DNA from: Lingula anatina
Taxonomy: Eukaryota > Animalia > Brachiopoda
NCBI GenBank assembly: GCA_051362555.1
Contig: CM120646.1
Span: 5,828,001 to 5,892,000 of the forward strand
Direction of reading: 5' to 3'
Length of the DNA: 64,000 nt
The translations under genes were made by a program, and so were the position numbers. The first letter of the stretch is position 1. Each line of letters begins with the position of its first letter. Below, in pieces: positions 21,159 through 34,052 of this stretch. The notes under the pieces are model-generated. The model was not told the origin of the DNA. It did not search any database and saw only the letters and a list, made by a program, of their open reading frames with translations.

Positions 21159-21161
<3 letters not shown>

Positions 21162-22032
21162 GAGAGGGCTAATAACGTCATTTGGGTGAATGTATTTTTA
21201 TAAAGAGTCTACGTAGCTTATCTCTGATCTTCAGATTTTCGGATTGTTTACCGTTTTGTGACTAAGTGAAGTCGTTATTCACCTAAGGGAACCAGCCTAG
21301 ACAAAAGCGCCTTTTTTCTGTCATTCAAAATGATAAACAGTTTAAGGGCATTAAGAAATCTAAAAAATGTGACAGGACCCTTCATCAACAGGTGACTTTT
21401 TTGTGCGTTTAGAAAACAGACTATTTAAACGTTTCATGTTGCAAAGTAAACCATAAACAAAACTAACAATCCCTCGCATTGCATAAGAAATAAGACACTG
21501 ATGATGCTATTGACGGGCTGTACATAGTGAGAACCTTAGAGCGGATCCAGAAAATGGAATTGGAATTTATATTTTATATTATATTTTCTTTATATCTTAT
21601 TTACCTTTGCCTAAGGTTTTGCTCAGTATACTTCGCTTTAACTTAGTTTAAGGTGCATTTTAACAAGAGTGCTTCACCTGCTTAACCTTAGTTGTGTAGG
21701 TCTATATTTCAAAATTCCATTTCACGGACAGTCTTAATTACAAGTCAGGAATACGCTGTCGTAGGCTACTTATAACGTGATGAGAATCCCGGTACCCTGA
21801 GGTTCAGAGGTCCCTGGGAACCCGCTACTCCACCGTCAGTCAACTGCATGTTGAGAGTAGAAACATGAGTTACTATGTACCTCTAAATAACCCAGGATGT
21901 CTAATACCAGGCATGTACCGAAATTGTGATTTTTCTCTGTAAAATGAAGGGGGAGGGCAGTTAATGAAGAGCAGTGGTTATGTAATGTTGTATGAGGATG
22001 TTACGGTTTAGGATCAGGTCCATGTTACTAGC

Positions 22033-22201
22033 CAGGCCCGTAGCCAGCAAATTCAAAAGGGGGGGGGGGTCTTTTTCTGAAAAAGTGGACCTTTTACAAT
22101 AAAACTTATGTGTACCTAGATGAAATTTTACCCAAAATGGACCTTTTCCTGACAAAAGGGGCGGTTCTTTCGAACCCCCCCCCCCCCGGGCTACGGGCCT
22201 G
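22033..22201. mobile_element. MITE with CAGGCCCGTAGCC TIRs (hAT-like)
   Basis: 13-bp TIR; CTAGC duplicated on both flanks. Confidence 0.8.
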
Positions 22202-22705
22202 CTAGCTGCTAATTCAGTTATACAGTATATTGTTAGCAGCGACAGTTCTACTGACAGGTGCCCCTCTCTCCTCCTCGGTGTAGGGAAACAAGGAGGTGGA
22301 AGGCTTAAATTGTGTTAGGTGTGAGAGCAGCATTGTGTGACAATACCCACGAGGCAATCCCGCCGATTGTATCAGTTGTATTGGAATATAATATTAATTG
22401 CCATATTTCAAAAACGAAAATAATATAAATTTAACAAGTGTCCTTTAATATACAAACAAAGAAACAAACAAACAAACAACAATAATAATTATAATACTAG
22501 TAGATCAAGGTAGGCCTACTCGCACGCGCCTGAGAGAGACGTGAGGCCTACAAATTAAAACATACAAATTATTAATACCTAACCGGGCTAACCCCTTTTT
22601 GAAATTCCCATAATTTTATGTTATTTTGACAAAGAAATGATCAAGAACGTCATCTAAGTATCACTGAAGTTTGAGTGTTCATTTTGGCAGTACAGTACGT
22701 TAATT

Positions 22706-22902
22706 GTATGGACAAAGAAAAAGAGGAAGGCCGGTCAAACGATGGAGGGATGAATTAGATGACTACTGGAAGTCTTGGAAGAAGAAACCTTGGCCAAACT
22801 GGAAATCCGAGGCTCAGGATAGGAAACAATGGAAAAAGCATGCTGAGGCCTTTGTCCAACAGTGGAACACTATAGGCTCTAGATGATGATGATGATGATG
22901 AT
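22706..22902 (+). mobile_element. 5'-truncated RTE-clade LINE
   Basis: KRGRPVKRWRD...AQDRKQW C-terminus, (GAT)n tail, 11-bp TSD GTACGTTAATT. Confidence 0.9.
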
Positions 22903-23187
22903 GTACGTTAATTTAATGCACTAAAATCAGAGCCAATTTCTATAATATTAAGTTTCTTACCGGTTGATTTGTAAAAAAAAAATTATCCATTGCAAAGAGA
23001 ATAGTGAAAAACATAACATTTTTTTGTCAAGAAACTATACAAAGACCCAAATGAGCATTAATTATGAAGACCAACATAAGCTCGCTGTTTGTGCACAAAT
23101 CAAACAGGACCACATGAATCCAGCAGCCTGTTTCACACGCTCCAATTTAGAAAGATTTGATTGGTCCACGCAACGTGGGCAAGCAAG

Positions 23188-26100
23188 ATGGCGGATGCCG
23201 GCGTGAAACCTGAGGTGAAGAACCTGCTAACAAACCCGAGTGGTTGGACCAGTTTACTGACTTTCTTTATTTTATCTCTAGCATGCCTGGCAGGGTTTAG
23301 CTCCAGGCTTTTTGCCGTAATTCGTTTTGAGAGCATCATTCACGAGTTTGATCCATGGTAAGTCATTGTTTGGGGGTACAATGCGCTTCGATTTCCACTA
23401 GGGTCTACGACAACAACTTCCCCAATGCATTGTTGCATTGAATTGCACAAACCATTTGTACTCAAGCTGAAGTCAGGTCGACTGGGGACTCAGCGTATAT
23501 AACAGTTTAAATTTTTTATAAGATGACAGAGTAAATGCCATTGTGAAAGTGTCATTTGTTAAGGGCTAAATAGTAAATGGACGTCCACATGGGTTGGAAG
23601 GAAAGCCTTACCTGTGACTGCAAATTAGCCCCAACATCTGAGTCAATCAGGTCACCAGAGAGTGATTGCACCTATGGCACCCACGTCTCCTCCTTCCTCT
23701 CTTGTTTCTACTTACTCTGCACAATATTCAATCATTCAAAAAATTTTGACAGAACTAATTGGTTTAGTAATTGCTTCTACCAAACATAAATTTTTATCTT
23801 TTGGTGAGGTCTTCTCCAGACAATATAATAATCACTTCTTCTCTCTGGTTAGTGCTTAAAAAACTTTTCAAGTCCTAAAATACCCTCCAGTTAAAAATGC
23901 TTTATTCTTTTCTTTTATTAGTTTTTTAGTGATCTAAGTCCATGGTGAAAACCCTGAATGAGTGGAAAAGTCCTGGATATGTCTATAGGACACTACTTCT
24001 ACTTTTACATTTATATGTGTTTAGTACTTAGGCTTGAGTCACATAAGATGTCACTGAAGTAAAAGCAAATTGTGCTTGTATGATAGTGTATAATCAATGA
24101 AATTCTAAAAGAAAGAGCAAGGCCTTTTTAGCTGGAAGGTAATTTTGGACTTAATAAGTCTTTAAAGCTATTACCAGAAAAAAAAGAAGACGCTAGTATT
24201 GTCTGGTTGGTGTCTGCATCCTGATAAACATACAGTTATTTTATAATATTCTAACACCTGAGGCCAAAAATGAATAATAATAAAAAAAATGCATGGAATT
24301 AAAAACTTATTAAAAAAGGCAATCTTCTTTTTATTTTTATAATCCCTGTAAATTCTATTATACATTAATATTATGCTAAATCTTAAAATCCTGGATTTCT
24401 GTCAACTTCAAATAAAATTAATACATTCAATTTGGCTATATATTGTTATGCAGGTACCAGCAAAATTGTAGCATTAAGGTAATGCATTATGTGCTCGCTT
24501 CAATTATCATGATAATATTTTTATGTCATCAGTATGTGGGCAAATGCTCCAGATGAATATAATTTTTTACATTGGATGTTGACTTGCTAGTGCTGATGTA
24601 TGGGGAGTAGGGGTGGGGAAATTCTGACTTCTTTAAACTGCTGTTATTAATCATGTCAGTCATTTTTTTTCAATTTATTGAATTAAAAAATATGATTTTA
24701 TTTTTTTAATTGCTTTATTTAGAATTTACTTTTTAAAGATTTATCATTTTCAAAAATTCACTTCCATACACTTTCTGATATGAAGTAGCATTACTTTTAA
24801 TTACTTTATATTTCAATCAGCACTTGTATATTTAGATGCTCTGTGTACTTTGTGTTGGTTGTAGTAGTGGTGGTGTTAAGGGGGGGGGGGCGTTAATACA
24901 TGTTGCTCCAATATGTGGGGTGCTAGTAATTGTCATATTTTTGTTGTGCTCATAGGTTTAACTACCGTGCAACACACTACATGGTCACCCATGGCTTCTA
25001 TAACTTTCTCAATTGGTTTGATGACACAGCTTGGTATCCACTGGGAAGGATTGTTGGTGGAACGGTACGTACTGGTCAGAATATTATCTTTAAATGTAAA
25101 GGAATATGTATGAAGATGAGAACTTGTGTTTGCCACTCTGTTAATTTAGTATTTTTAGAATAATGATATACATGATACACTGTTTAAAATTTTGAAAAAT
25201 TGTTGAAAAAAATCTCATCTAAAAAGTTCTTAATTTACTCGTTGCTCACTAGGCATATGGAGAAAAAAACTAACATGAGTCTAGCTTTTAGGGTGAATCC
25301 TCTCTGTATACGTCACATTTGAAATGTGTTGGTTACATCTACATATGTGAATCATGTGGGCCGTACAATTTTTTATAACAAACCACATGAAGCGAGTGTC
25401 AGGTCGTACGTGGCTAGATTTATATATCAGAACTGTATCATAATGAAAATTAATGGTTGATCTGGCCCTTTTAATTTTCAAAATAATAATGATGATAATA
25501 AAGTTGTGACATACATACACTGATGTTTGAAAGACACATAGTCTAGAGCAGAGACAGTCAGTACAGGTGGAGGAATGGGGCTGTTGCAAAAGTCAGAAGG
25601 TTCAATAGTCTGAAGGTTTATTGGTCTGAATGTTCGCTATAGAACCTACGGACCAATGAATCCTTAATTAAGAAAAGATGATAAAAACGTGACCATTTTT
25701 CAGACCAATGAACCTTCGGACTATCGAGACACTCCCGGAGGAATATATCAACTTCAGGGTTTAGCTCTGCCCTATTAATTTCACATTTTCATAATTATAA
25801 TATTTAACCTAGTTAATTTTGGTTTCAGGTGTACCCTGGCCTCATGGTCACCTCTGGTACAATCCACTGGCTGCTCAATCTCCTGAATATCCCTATTCAC
25901 ATCAGAGATATCTGTGTGTTTTTAGCTCCCATGTTCAGGTAAGGATGTGTTCACATTGGAGCTAACTTAGGCTTGAAGTTGACTTAACTGCATCACTATG
26001 TCACTGGTAAAGACACCATGAGTAGATAACAATGTTCAAAATAGTAGTAGTAGCTAGTAAGAGTAGTAATAGTTATAATAGTAGTGATAATAATAATAAT

Positions 26101-29100
26101 AAGAAAAAGAAGAAGAATGACATCAAAATGTCACATTTGCCAGGTAATAACAGTGAAAAAGATATTAATATAACAGGTTCTAATACATGATATGATACAA
26201 TGATTAATGAGATTAAATGTGTACATTATTCTCGTCTCGGGTTGTGTAGCAGAATTTATTATAAGTCTGATTTACAAAAATATTTTGAAGGATACAAATG
26301 CCACAATAGCTGTTATATTGCATGCAGCATGGCAGTTTAAAAAGATATGAATATTAATTTAACTTTGTTTTATATTTATATATTTATATTTATATTCCAG
26401 TGGGTTGACTGCCATAGCCACTTATCTTCTCACCAAGGAATTGTGGAGTGCAGGAGCAGGGCTGTTTGCTGCCTGCTTCATAGCTATAGGTAGGGGGAGG
26501 GTGACTGGCCTGTCTGTCAGTACAGGAGATAGAATTACAACATTTAAATAATTAGAAATAATAAGAGCATATGTAGTGCATTCCAAACAAGCATTAATTT
26601 TGTGATGTAGAGGGGAAGTATAGTTGGCCTGTCCATCAGTACAGGAGATAGAATTACAACATCTAAATAATTAAAAAATAGTAAGAGTATAAGTTATGCA
26701 TTTCAAACAAACATTTTTAATCTAGAGTGGAAAGATAGCTGGCCTGTCTGTCAGTACAGGAGATAGAATTACAACATCTAAATAATTAAAAAATAGTAAG
26801 AGTATAAGTTATGCATTTCAAACAAACATTTTTAATCTAGAGTGGAAAGATAGCTGGCCTGTCTGTCAGTACAGATAAAAGAATTAATATATTAATATAT
26901 TAAAAAATTAATTAAAATTACAATATTAAACTAATGAAAATTTAGAGCAGTTGTAAAAGCATTCCAAGCAAACTTGTTATTTAAGGGATGATCGTTAACA
27001 TTTTTACAAAATATGATTTAATAAGTATTTAGGTACTTTCAGATAAAATGGTTAATATGTGTTATTATAATTTGTCATGTTGAAATTTTTCAGTACCTGG
27101 TTATATCAGTAGATCTGTGGCTGGGAGCTACGACAATGAAGGAATTGCCATATTTGCACTCATGTTTACATATTACCTATGGGTAAGTCCGCCAGGTCCC
27201 CCCCCCCCCCCCCCCACCTCTCCCCCAAACCACCACCACCACCTCTCTCTTCCAACTCATTTCACACTAATTCCATATTGTTCACGTCACTTTTTATTCC
27301 CTTCCACCCTTTCTACCCATTTACCCATTAATTCTTAATGTTAAAAGCTTAATGCTGTTTAGATGTTTGGATAATCACCATGGGATTTTAGTCTAAATAA
27401 TTGATATTATGGGCATTATTTTATTGTTTTTCTGTCGGGTTATTTTAGATGACAGTTACTTTTCCGTTGATTTTGACCTGTTTGACTAACTGTAGTAATG
27501 TTCAGTATTGTTATAAATATTGCTTTCATTGTCAGAGTGATGAATTTTGTGAAATCTTTACTTAAGTTTCTTGCTAAATTTTAACAAATTTTATGAATAA
27601 TAGATTCAGAAAAGTATTAATGGTACCTGAAGAGGTGACCTTTAAGTGAATAGCAAAGTTTGGCTCATGATAACAACTGTACTAATAATTCACTAGAATT
27701 GATGCAGTCACATATGAAAAAAATTATATACTCAGTTTTGTAAGTAGTAATGTTGGAAATTTATGAGTAACTTTTAAATTATAAAACTATTTCTTTCAGA
27801 TAAAATCTGTGAAGACGGGCACAGTATATTGGTCAATGTTGTCATCTTTAGCTTACTTTTATATGGTAAGTCTTAGGTAGAACTCATTTTATGAAAAATA
27901 TACAATTTTTGATGTGATGGCCTTTGATATTATGTGGGTTTTACATGAATGTTTAAGTGTACTTTTGAAATTAAAATCTCAAGATTCATATATTTTTGGT
28001 CCAGAACTGAGAACAAAATTTTTTGGACAATAATTTTGTTTTGTTGTTGTAGGTGTCAGCCTGGGGAGGCTATGTGTTTATCATCAACCTTGTACCACTT
28101 CATGTTTTTGTTCTCATACTCATGGGAAGGTTTTCTCGGAGAATATATGTAGGTAAGTCTGTGTCTGGTGGTATTAAACAGTGGTGTAGTTGCTGTTTCT
28201 TATAGTAATAATTATATAGAGATTAATTCACAGCAGGGTCAATTTGGACAGGAAATAGACCAATTATTGCCAAGACGAACGTTATCAAGTAAAGTTTATT
28301 TTTTGTACATTGCACTCCACATGAGTTTTAGCCCAGTGTTAAGATGATTAGAAATGTAAATTGTTTCTAAAAAGTGTTTTTAATATTGTTTTACTTACTG
28401 GTAAACATTTCAAGCCAACAATTATTACTCTTTCAAGACTTGTGACATTCGGTCTCAAATGAGAAGGGGTATTACAAAGTTTTATTTCAGTGTTAGCATT
28501 TCAATTGCTAAGTAAAATGTTTTTTATATTTTTTTTCAGCGTACACAACATTCTACATTGTGGGTCTTGTGCTGTCCATGCAGATTCCCTTTGTTGGTTT
28601 TCAACCAATCAGAACCAGTGAACACATGGCAGCAGCAGGTTCGTACTACATTTTGGATAATTACCAAAGGGCTGCTCAGACACATTTTTTTGCTGTTGTT
28701 ACAATAATAAATAATTGACTTTATATCAAAGAAGTGGTAAATTTGTGAAAAATGAACAGATTGTATCAAAACTTTCTTTTTCCATTATGGTATTAATATT
28801 TTCTCCTTTTAGAGGACATTTTCTTGATCCTCTAGATAGGAATTAGGTGGCAGTTTTAGGATTTTACTGTTTTATAAGTTAGGACACAGTACTTGTCCCA
28901 TTACATATAATTCAGATGTAGGTTGTTGGAAACAAAAAGCAAAATTTGGAAGTGATTTTAGGCAATAAATTATGTAATATATGTATATTGTGAGCCTCAC
29001 TTTTTATTATATGGATATTTTTGGGATTTTCCAGGTGTGTTTGCCCTCCTCCAAGCCTATGCCGCTTTGCAATATATACAGACATACATGACAAAGACAC

Positions 29101-31954
29101 AGTTCCGGAACTTCTTCCTATTAGCATTAGCTGGGGCAGCTGGTCTTGTATTCCTGGCAGTGATAGGCTTAACATGGCTAGGTAAGCCCATCTGTGATCA
29201 GATATGTCTTATATCAGAATATCTTTTGAAAAGCAAAGCAGCAGGTTCAGCCCAAATGGTGCATGAAATATAGCACAGCAGACTTATGCTGAGCAGACTT
29301 ATGCCCCGATTTTAGTCTGCATCTAAAGGTTCATGAAATCAGGACTTGGTGCCTGTGTAATAATTTATAGGTACATTTGGGATGAAGAAAGCCAAGATGT
29401 GTAGATACTTGGTGCACATTTAAAGTTGAAACTTTCCTTTGATAATTTTGGAGATTATTTGTTTAAGATACTTCATTGAAACTTTTCAAATTATTAACCA
29501 CATTGAATTGAATTCCTGAAAAAAAAAACTTTATGTAAATAGGTTTTGTTTTCACAACAGAATTGTATTTTCACTCGTCCATGTTCCTCTTACTAGGTTA
29601 CATTGCTCCGTGGAGCGGACGTTTCTACTCCCTTTGGGACACTGGTTATGCCAAGATCCACATTCCCATTATTGCCTCGGTGTCGGAGCATCAGCCCACC
29701 ACCTGGGTTTCGTTCTTCTTTGACCTCCATGTCCTGATTGCAGTCTTCCCTGCAGGCGTCTGGTTCGTTATCAAGGAGATTAACGATGAGAGGGTTTTCA
29801 GTAAGTGGGGACATGGTTGTGTTTTTATTTTAAAGTGTTACGAACTTATTAGTTATGTAGATGCATCTTGGATGATACACAATTTGAAATAAAAAATTAA
29901 TTTAATCATAATGCTTTCAAGTATTACTAAGTGCAAGATTTAATAAAGATTATAATACTGTAACTCAGACTTGAATTTTTGTGTAATATCATTTAGAGTG
30001 AAAGAATTTAGAGAAGACAAATATTTCTCAAGATTGAAGAGAAAATAATGTCAGATTTTTAATCGAAGTAGATACCAAGGATTTAATGGCTATGTTCAGA
30101 AAACTTTTCTCACTGTGTAAAGAAATTGCCAAACTGATTAACCGGTCTTTCAGATCATAACATTGGTTTGCTTATTTTTTCCCCAGTTATTCTGTATGCT
30201 GTAAGTGCGTCGTATTTTGCTGGTGTCATGGTACGTCTTATGCTGACCTTGACCCCAGTGGTGTGTGTCCTGGCGTCCATAGCGCTATCGAAGACGTTTG
30301 AAATCTATCTGAAGGATGAGCAGACCAAGGAAGAGAAGGAGAAGGAGGAGGAGGAACAGAAGGAGGAGAAAAATGACAAGTTGTATGATAAGGTATTGGA
30401 GTTCACCTAACACTGAGAGACACTCAAAAACGTAAAAATTTAGCACAAAAATTGGGGTTTATTGATGGTTATTCTGTGAAAAATATACAGTGGTGACAAA
30501 GAGAAAAGTGTTGAAATTTTCAAAAAAATCTTACTTCTGTGATTTAGATTTTGACTTAAAATTTTTGATTTACTTGGAGTCAAAACAATGAACGTTGATA
30601 CTTTGTTAATACCCGTACCTAAGAAGGAGAATATGTTTTCATCTGTTTTTGTCAGTGGACAAGATTATTATGAAAAATTTTTTTCACAAAATTTTAAAGG
30701 TATTTTTGGGAATGAATTATTATAGACAAAGAGTGAATACAATTTTCACTGATCAGGGTTTATTTATTTTAAAGAAAATAATATTCTGTGAAGTTTGATC
30801 ATGACATCATTTTCAGTTATCTATTTTTATCCACCCAGGCACCAAAAGCAAAGAAAAAGGGAGAAGAACGAACAATTGAAAAATCAAAGAAGAAAGAAAA
30901 AGAAGAGGCGGTGGGGTTAAATGTGAAGAGTATTGTAATCATTGCCTTCCTGATGATGTTAATGTTGTTTGCTGTCCACTGTACCTGGGTCACCAGCAAT
31001 GCCTATTCCAGTCCCAGCATTGTATTGGCCACATATGGGCAGGATGGGTGAGTGGTGTTAGGGCAAAGTTTGGATTTTTTTCTTCAGTCAACAGCCAGTG
31101 TTGAAATTGTTTACTTTCGATATGATGATGATGATGTAGACAGACGTCGAAATATTGGAGGTGAACGATTTCAATGTTAGCTGTTGATTGAAGAAAAATA
31201 CTACTGTAAGTTTATTCTCCTAACATAGCACTGCTGATGAAAATCTTCTCTGCAGTTTTGAAAGGCCCCCGCCCTCTTATGAGGAATGTTTAAATCGCGT
31301 GTAGATTGGTTAAAATAATGGATTGTTACAAAAGTGGCTATGTTGCCGAATCATGTGAAATTCTACTGCCAGTTTCAGCATCTGTGTCTGCATTCAGCTG
31401 ATAGAAAAAAGAAACTTTAAGTCTTATTAAAACAGATATTGGTTTACCCTGCACTAATTTTATGGAGATTTTTTGAGGCTTGATTTTTTCAATAAAATTG
31501 TAGTCGTAAAATTCTGTGAATCTAACATGACAATGATTATACAACACTAAGTCTAATTATGTATATATATTTTTGTTATTTTTAGTTAGAATTATCACTC
31601 ATTAATTTGATATGAGAATAATTTGCTATCTGAAAGACCTCTTTATTAATCCTCTTATTTTTTATTCCAGTACCCGCAACATTTTAGACGACTTCCGAGA
31701 AGCCTACTACTGGTTGCGCCAAAACACGCATGAAAAGTCGCGAGTGATGTCTTGGTGGGATTACGGGTACCAGATCGCAGGAATGGGGAACAGGACGACC
31801 TTAGTGGACAATAATACGTGGAACAATAGCCATATTGCTTTGGTAAGACTGTGTGTGTGTGTGTGTGTGTGTTTGCATATGTTTGTGTGTCTCTGTGGGT
31901 GTGTGTACATCTGTGTGGAAATGAAGAAAATGTGTTTGTATGTTCATAACTGTG

Positions 31955-32000
<46 letters not shown>

Positions 32001-33719
32001 TGCATTCATGTTTGTACATATGTGTATATATGTGGAGAGAGAGGCCATGTGTGAATGAGTGTAGTATGAGTGGATGTGTATTTATGCTTGTGTTTCTTGT
32101 TTATGTTTGTGCATATATACATACATATATGCATGTGTATATGTGTAGAACTGTGACTTCAATAAAGCAGGAGTCAATTATTGACTATCTTGCTGCTTCC
32201 AGGTGGGCAAAGCCATGTCATCCAATGAGAGTGCAGCATATGAGATAATGCGGACCTTGGATGTGGATTACGTCCTGGTGATATTTGGTGGTGTGATTGG
32301 TTACTCCGGAGACGACATCAACAAGTTTCTGTGGATGGTGAGGATAGCGGAGGGGGAGCACCCCAAGGATATCAGGGTGAGTGAGAAGTCTGGGGGTACA
32401 AAACTCATTTTTCAGTTTAAAAAAAGTGGATATTTGAGCTGGGATGAGATTGTCATGACTCTCTATGGATTTTTAGGTGGTGTTGGTGCTTACAAACAGT
32501 TCTGAGATTTTTCCCACTAGTGGCAGATTTCCAACGTTATGAGAGCCAAAATATCTCATCCCTATTTGAGATGTCAGCAACGCGCACATTTTGTGTAATA
32601 TTTGCGTGATTATGGCCTGCCCCATTGTTTTCTGTGCTGTGTATTATAGCAACCTCCATTTTGGAAAGAAATCACAGTGACTGAAAAGTGATGTAAGACA
32701 GTTATGTTATGCACACATTGTGTGCCTCGCTGACATGATTCAAATGTTCTCCACTTTTGTGTAATGACCTCATTTTAGGAGAAATATTAAGTCTCATGTC
32801 TCTTGTATACTGATGGTAAAAACAAGAGATCAAAGTATGTTGCCTGGTACTTTTTTCTGCTACTTTATTTTTTTGGGGATGGGAGCAAAAATATACTAGC
32901 ACATAGAATTGTCAATTGTCATTGTGAAAAATTGGCCATTTAAATGGACTACTACAGACTTCAACAGTGTCAAAATAGAATAAAGGGCTTGGTTATTTAG
33001 CTGAGAACAACTTAAACTAGAGTATAACTCTTGGTATTACAGTATTAAGTTTTTGATTTTGATTTCAGGAATCTGACTATTTCACCCCTCAGGGGGAGTT
33101 CAGAGTGGACGCAGGAGGTTCAAAAACTTTGCTCAATTGTCTCATGTACAAGTTATGTTACTACAGATTTGGGCAGCTACAGGTGGGTCATTTACACCGA
33201 CTTTCTCTCTTTCTTTATTTTTTGAAGATATAGAATTTTGATAGCTGACGTTGGTTTCAAAGTACAATTACGTCATAGCTGAGGCACGTAGCTTTAAAAA
33301 CAATTGATTGCAAATATTTTCATTTCCAAAATATAACTAAGAAGTAATTTAAGTATGGTTTGGCATGGTTTTTGAATTAAGTTATAGTTTTACTATATAT
33401 TTTCAGTTGCAAGGTATAACTTTTTTATATACAAATTACCTTCAAGGGAATTAAAATTTTTTTTATTCCAGTTGGATTTCAGAACGCCACCTGGTTTTGA
33501 TAGGACACGAAATGTGGAAATTGGCAACAAAAATTTCGATCTTCGTTATGTGGAAGAGGCGTACACCACTGAGCACTGGTTGGTCAGAATTTACAAGGTC
33601 AAGGACATGGAGAACAGAGAGGAGAAAAAGTTGTCAAAAAAGATTAAGAGGAAAGCATCCAGAAAGGTGAGAACAAAATAGAAAAGTTGCTTTTAGGGTG
33701 AAGAGGTGACCATTAAGGT

Positions 33720-33759
<40 letters not shown>

Positions 33760-34052
33760 ATCAAAAAGTATTAATCAAGGTATCTTTTCATGTTGGAATT
33801 AAGAAAAAAGATTATAGATAGTGTTGTTGTGTTGAAGGAGATTCACAAGAATGTTTTAGAAATAATTAGTAAAATTCAGTTTACAAGTTGTTTCTTTCAT
33901 TGTAAACATTCAGATTAGTGTCTGATTGATGATACACCCTATTGATTTCTTTACAGACAAGTAGAAACAAGAGAGGCAGCATTAAAAATAAACCCAAGAT
34001 TGTAAAAGGCAAAAAACCTGCAAAAACTACCAACAAGAAGAAGAAGAACTAA
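23188..34052 (+). CDS. STT3B: Oligosaccharyltransferase catalytic subunit STT3B, 17 coding exons
   Basis: Exons approx 23188-23357, 24956-25064, 25829-25938, 26401-26489, 27094-27182, 27800-27865, 28053-28152, 28540-28638, 29035-29181, 29597-29800, 30187-30392, 30839-31047, 31671-31842, 32203-32376, 33069-33182, 33472-33666, 33957-34052. Motifs [46 protein letters not shown]. Confidence 0.96.
25577..25736. mobile_element. MITE with GG..CC ends (Merlin-like)
   Basis: 8-bp TSD GGAGGAAT; repeated gaaggttc/gaaccttc subterminal motifs. Confidence 0.65.
26500..26880. repeat. Tandem repeat, about 120-bp unit, roughly 3 copies (STT3B intron 4)
   Basis: Recurring tggcctgtctgtcagtacaggagatagaattacaacat. 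Confidence 0.85.
31077..31198 (+). ncRNA. Long G-U-rich RNA hairpin in an STT3B intron
   Basis: 47-bp stem. Of 10 non-Watson-Crick positions, 9 are G-U on the + strand. Confidence 0.6.

Noticed and set aside
21645-21690. TAAGGTGCAT resembling the miR-18 5' end
   Set aside because: Match is only about 10 nt, the hairpin is poor and it lies inside a small inverted-repeat element.
31655-32248. His-Thr and Cys-Val repeat ORFs
   Set aside because: Translations of (TG)n microsatellites in an STT3B intron.
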